Shown here in pieces: positions 60,701-64,000 of a stretch of DNA of 64,000 bases (positions within the stretch are counted from its first letter, which is position 1; every line of letters begins with the position of its first letter). Under the pieces are notes generated by a model that saw nothing but the letters and a program-made list of their open reading frames with translations, searched no databases and was not told the DNA's origin. The DNA lies in NCBI RefSeq assembly GCF_902713615.1, contig NC_052159.1:21689709-21753708 (forward strand), written 5' to 3'. The translations under genes and the position numbers were made by a program. This stretch comes from Scyliorhinus canicula (lineage: Eukaryota).

Positions 60701-60987
60701 GGAGGAATTTCTCACTTTGCTAGTGACGGGTTGGGGGCAACAAATTTGGTGTGATGGGAAAGTCAGTTTCCCACGAGCTGGAGCAAGTTTTTTTCCTTCT
60801 GACTTTCAAGACTGGGAAAGGCTGATCTATGTTGGGATAAATTACATCTCATGAATGCTCATTAAAAGGCCAACTCGCTGGAATTACATTCTTTGTCCCG
60901 ATTAAGTGCCCGGTCAGTGGATAATTATAAAGAACTGTTTCTCAACAGTATATATGTGGCATGCACCTCGTGAGTTTCACTTCATCA

Positions 60988-61670
60988 ACAAAGAACAAAG
61001 AAAATACAGCATAGGAACAGGCTCTTCGGCCCTCCAAGCCTGCGCTGACCATGCTGCCCGTCTAACCTAAGATCTTCTACACTTCCTGGGTCAGTATCCC
61101 TCGATTCCCATCCTATTCATGTATTTGTCAAGATGCCTCTTAAACGTTACTATCGTCCCTGCTTCCACCACCTCCTCCGGCAGCGAGTTCCAGGCACCCA
61201 CTGCCCTCTGTGTAAAAAAACTTACCTCGTACATCTCCTCTAAACCTTGCCCCTCGCACCTTAAACCTATGCCCCTAGTAATTGACCCCTCTACCCTGGG
61301 AAAAAGTCTCTGACTATCCACTCTGTCTATGCCCTTCATAATTTTGTAGGCCTCTATCAGGTCGCCCCTCAACCTCCTTCGTTCCAGTGAGAACAAACCG
61401 AGTTTATTCAACTGCTCCTCATAGCTAATGCCTCCATATGAGGCAACATCCTGGTAAATCTCATCTGCACCCTCTCTAAAGCCTCCACATCCTTCTGGTA
61501 GTGTGGCGATCAGAATTGAACACCATACTCCCAAGTGTTGCTAACTAAGGTTGTACACAGCTGCAGCATGACTTGCCAATTTTTGTACTCAATGCCCCCG
61601 GCCAATGAAGGCAAGCATGCCATATGCCTTCTTGACAACCTTCTCCACCTGTGTTGCCCCTTTCAGTGAC
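60988..61670 (-). mobile_element. CR1 3' fragment
   Basis: ORF 61091-61534 LGLFSLERRRLRGDLIE..WNSLP. Confidence 0.92.
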
Positions 61671-63535
61671 AAACTACTTTGAGGTATGTAGATGCTTCTT
61701 ACTTCAATGTTAATAATAATAATCGCTTATTGTCACAAGTAGGCTTCAATGAAGTTACTGTGAAAAGTTAACAACATTGCTGCAATATTCTGGGTGCTTG
61801 TTTCACAAGCTCTGCCAAGGCTGGACATGGGAGGCAAGATCAGCGGGGTGTGGGAAAACTGATGCAGTACTGGGGGGTGGGTGGTGGACCATGGGGGTTA
61901 TCTCAGCGAGGCGGGGGTGTGGTGGTGGGTGGATGGGAGACTGAGGCATAGCTGGGGATGGAACACAGAGGGGGGCATGACGGTGGGGTCAGGGGTGGCA
62001 TTGGTGGTGGTGGTAAAGGAGCAGTGTGGCGCTGTGAAAGACTCTTGGGGCATGAGTTATAAGACTGTCTAAGGAAGCATTACAGATTGACCAGTGGCTG
62101 CGGCCATGGAACTGGTGAAAGATGGAGCAGATAGTCCTCTAGCTGTATGGGCCATTTTGGAGGGTTCTTCATGGACACCAACAAATGGTGTGTAGGGCAT
62201 GGTCAGCGAATTAAGGCATTTGGACCTGAGAGTTGGAGTCCATACTTGGAAGCAGAGGGCACAGTAACATTGATGGGATGCAAGTGCATTTGGTGTGTGG
62301 GAAAATTCAAAGTCATAGCCATGTATTTTGTGGTCTCATGCGATCGGTCTGTGAAAGTGAAAGGCGGTTCACCTCTACAAGCGAAGAGTGGGATCAACTA
62401 ATGACATGGGGGCATCAACTTTGAAGGGAATGAGGGGAGAACAAAGATATCTGTGTATAACAACAGGGTTAAGAGTAACGTGAGGGGGGGGGGGGGGGGA
62501 GGGAGGTTGAATAGTTGCAGGAGGAATGGGAAGTAAGAGGTTGGGACTGAATTAAGATGGGAGGAAGTTAGTGGGTGACGGGGGGGGTTGGAAGATATTG
62601 GTGGCACTCAAGTTAGTATCATCTTTGTCTTTAGAGAGTAATGACGCAGTTGGAAGAAGTGAATAAAAGATGTATCTCGAGGCATGTGGGAGGAATTCTC
62701 ATTATAAGTTGGGTCGATTGAAGGGACGTTTTAATAATTATGTGCTCAAGACATAGAGAACAAGGCTATACTGGGAACTGTTTTCGTGGCTCAAATGGCC
62801 ATTGAGGCAAGATAGCGCCTGTCACAAATGGTGTGCATTCATGTGGCAATCCATTAAGGTTTGGGGCTACGTTTGAGTTGTTTTGATTGGGCATCTGCCT
62901 GTGACAGAGGTGTGTAAATAGGGAAGGAGGATCAAAGAATCAGGGACCGTGCATGCTGGACACGAGATACATGTGCACGCCAACCCTCAATATTCTAATT
63001 TTAAAGGTCTCGGCGTCCGGGGCGCAACACTTAGTCATGACATTAATTACAAGGCTTGGTTAGTGTTTGGGCTAATTGAGGCAAGGTGACAATAGGCTCA
63101 TGAGGGTTACAAGATTTTGGTGCATGCACCCTGGTCAAGGGCCTCTTTATTGTTGTGCAGTCATGTTGAGGCGGATGCTTGGTCACCTGTGATCCTTCAG
63201 GATGTGCATCAGCTGCAGGCCTGCGGATGCCATGTTTGGATTGTGTGCGGGTCTAGGTTGTCAACTGGCTTTCTGGCTTGAACGTGGTGTGAGACCTTCA
63301 AGGGGAACGTGCAATGATATCTCAAATTTATTTTTCATAGATACAAGGAAGAGTGGAGAATGTAGGTTGCAGGCAATGCTGCCGCTTTGATAGCTTTAAT
63401 GCAAATTAGGAGAAGGGCCTGTCCCCATTTGGACAACTCTGAAGACCATTGCCCAGAGGAACAAGTGCCTACAGGTTCTCGGGAGACCCAAATGCTGACA
63501 AAGAACGACCAAGTTGACAAAGATGTTTAGAGTGA

Positions 63536-64000
63536 CCAAAGGTCTACAGAAGGTGCTGCTCACACATGGAGTTGAGTGAAAGACAGTGCTTCAGATGCCT
63601 TCATTTGTATCTTGATGTGGTAGCTCATATTTTGCACATTTTGCATGAGGAACCTGTGCTGCGCGCTCGGGGGGCATCCATTGTTGGTTGCACTTAAGGT
63701 TACTACTCCGCTCAACATTTTTGCCTGAGGATCCTTCCAGGACTCACTGGGGAGTTCTGCAGAATCTAGCAATCGTCACCATGTCTGTACATCAGGGAGG
63801 TGACTGTTCATGACGTCCAGTTCTGCATGGATGAAGCAAACCAGGCTACCAGAGTTTTGGGATTCGCAGCAATCTCCGGTTTCCTGCAGGTTCAGCGCAC
63901 TGTCATCAACTGTACACATGTGACCTTGAGAGCTCCCGGCAGCAGCCTCTGACATGTATTAATAGGAAAGAATTTCACTCTTTCAATGACCAGCTTATTT
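63536..64000 (+). pseudogene. PIF/Harbinger (HARBI1-like DDE) transposase remnant
   Basis: PKVYRR..LSERQC; GHPLLVALKVT..GSFQ; GFAAISGF..VINCTHV; NRKEFHSFNDQLI; stops and frameshifts; truncated by the window end. Confidence 0.8.

Noticed and set aside
62233-62424. IDGMQV..SVCESERRF resembling Harbinger DDE motifs
   Set aside because: Spacing is too short and the NRK..HS motif is absent; not supportable without an HMM search
1-64000. CRISPR array or prokaryotic/viral defence system
   Set aside because: No regularly spaced repeat-spacer array and no operon-like intact ORFs; all RT motifs belong to eukaryotic non-LTR or Penelope elements

Overview
Vertebrate genomic DNA, very probably a shark (elasmobranch-type HE1/V-SINEs, CR1 LINEs and Deu-SINEs; catshark-like, which is inference). 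The window lies inside HERC2 on the + strand. Sixteen coding exons (12683-59164, 2837 nt spliced, about human aa 304-1250) all have GT..AG boundaries and compatible phases, and encode RCC1-like domain 1 through the start of the cytochrome-b5-like domain. The introns are dense with transposons. The first 11.4 kb is a nested L1 stack: an antisense L1, then a full-length L1 with a 17-bp TSD that contains a SINE and a second, younger L1 inserted in frame. Elsewhere there are CR1, L2, RTE, Vingi-like and Penelope fragments, solo-LTR-like sequences, a hAT element with a perfect 8-bp TSD, GC-rich MITEs, a decayed PIF/Harbinger transposase and about 30 SINEs. Most notable observations: (1) a modular SINE set in which one V-core carries several alternative tails, including an A-tailed form with L1-type long TSDs; (2) an in-frame L1/L1 chimeric ORF2; (3) a tandem pair of extended CTCF-like motifs; (4) a hAT horizontal-transfer candidate; (5) Penelope terminal-repeat/hammerhead relics. 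No CRISPR or prokaryotic system was seen. Exon boundaries were read base by base. Repeat boundaries are approximate, and family names and human exon numbers come from recognition, not a database search.
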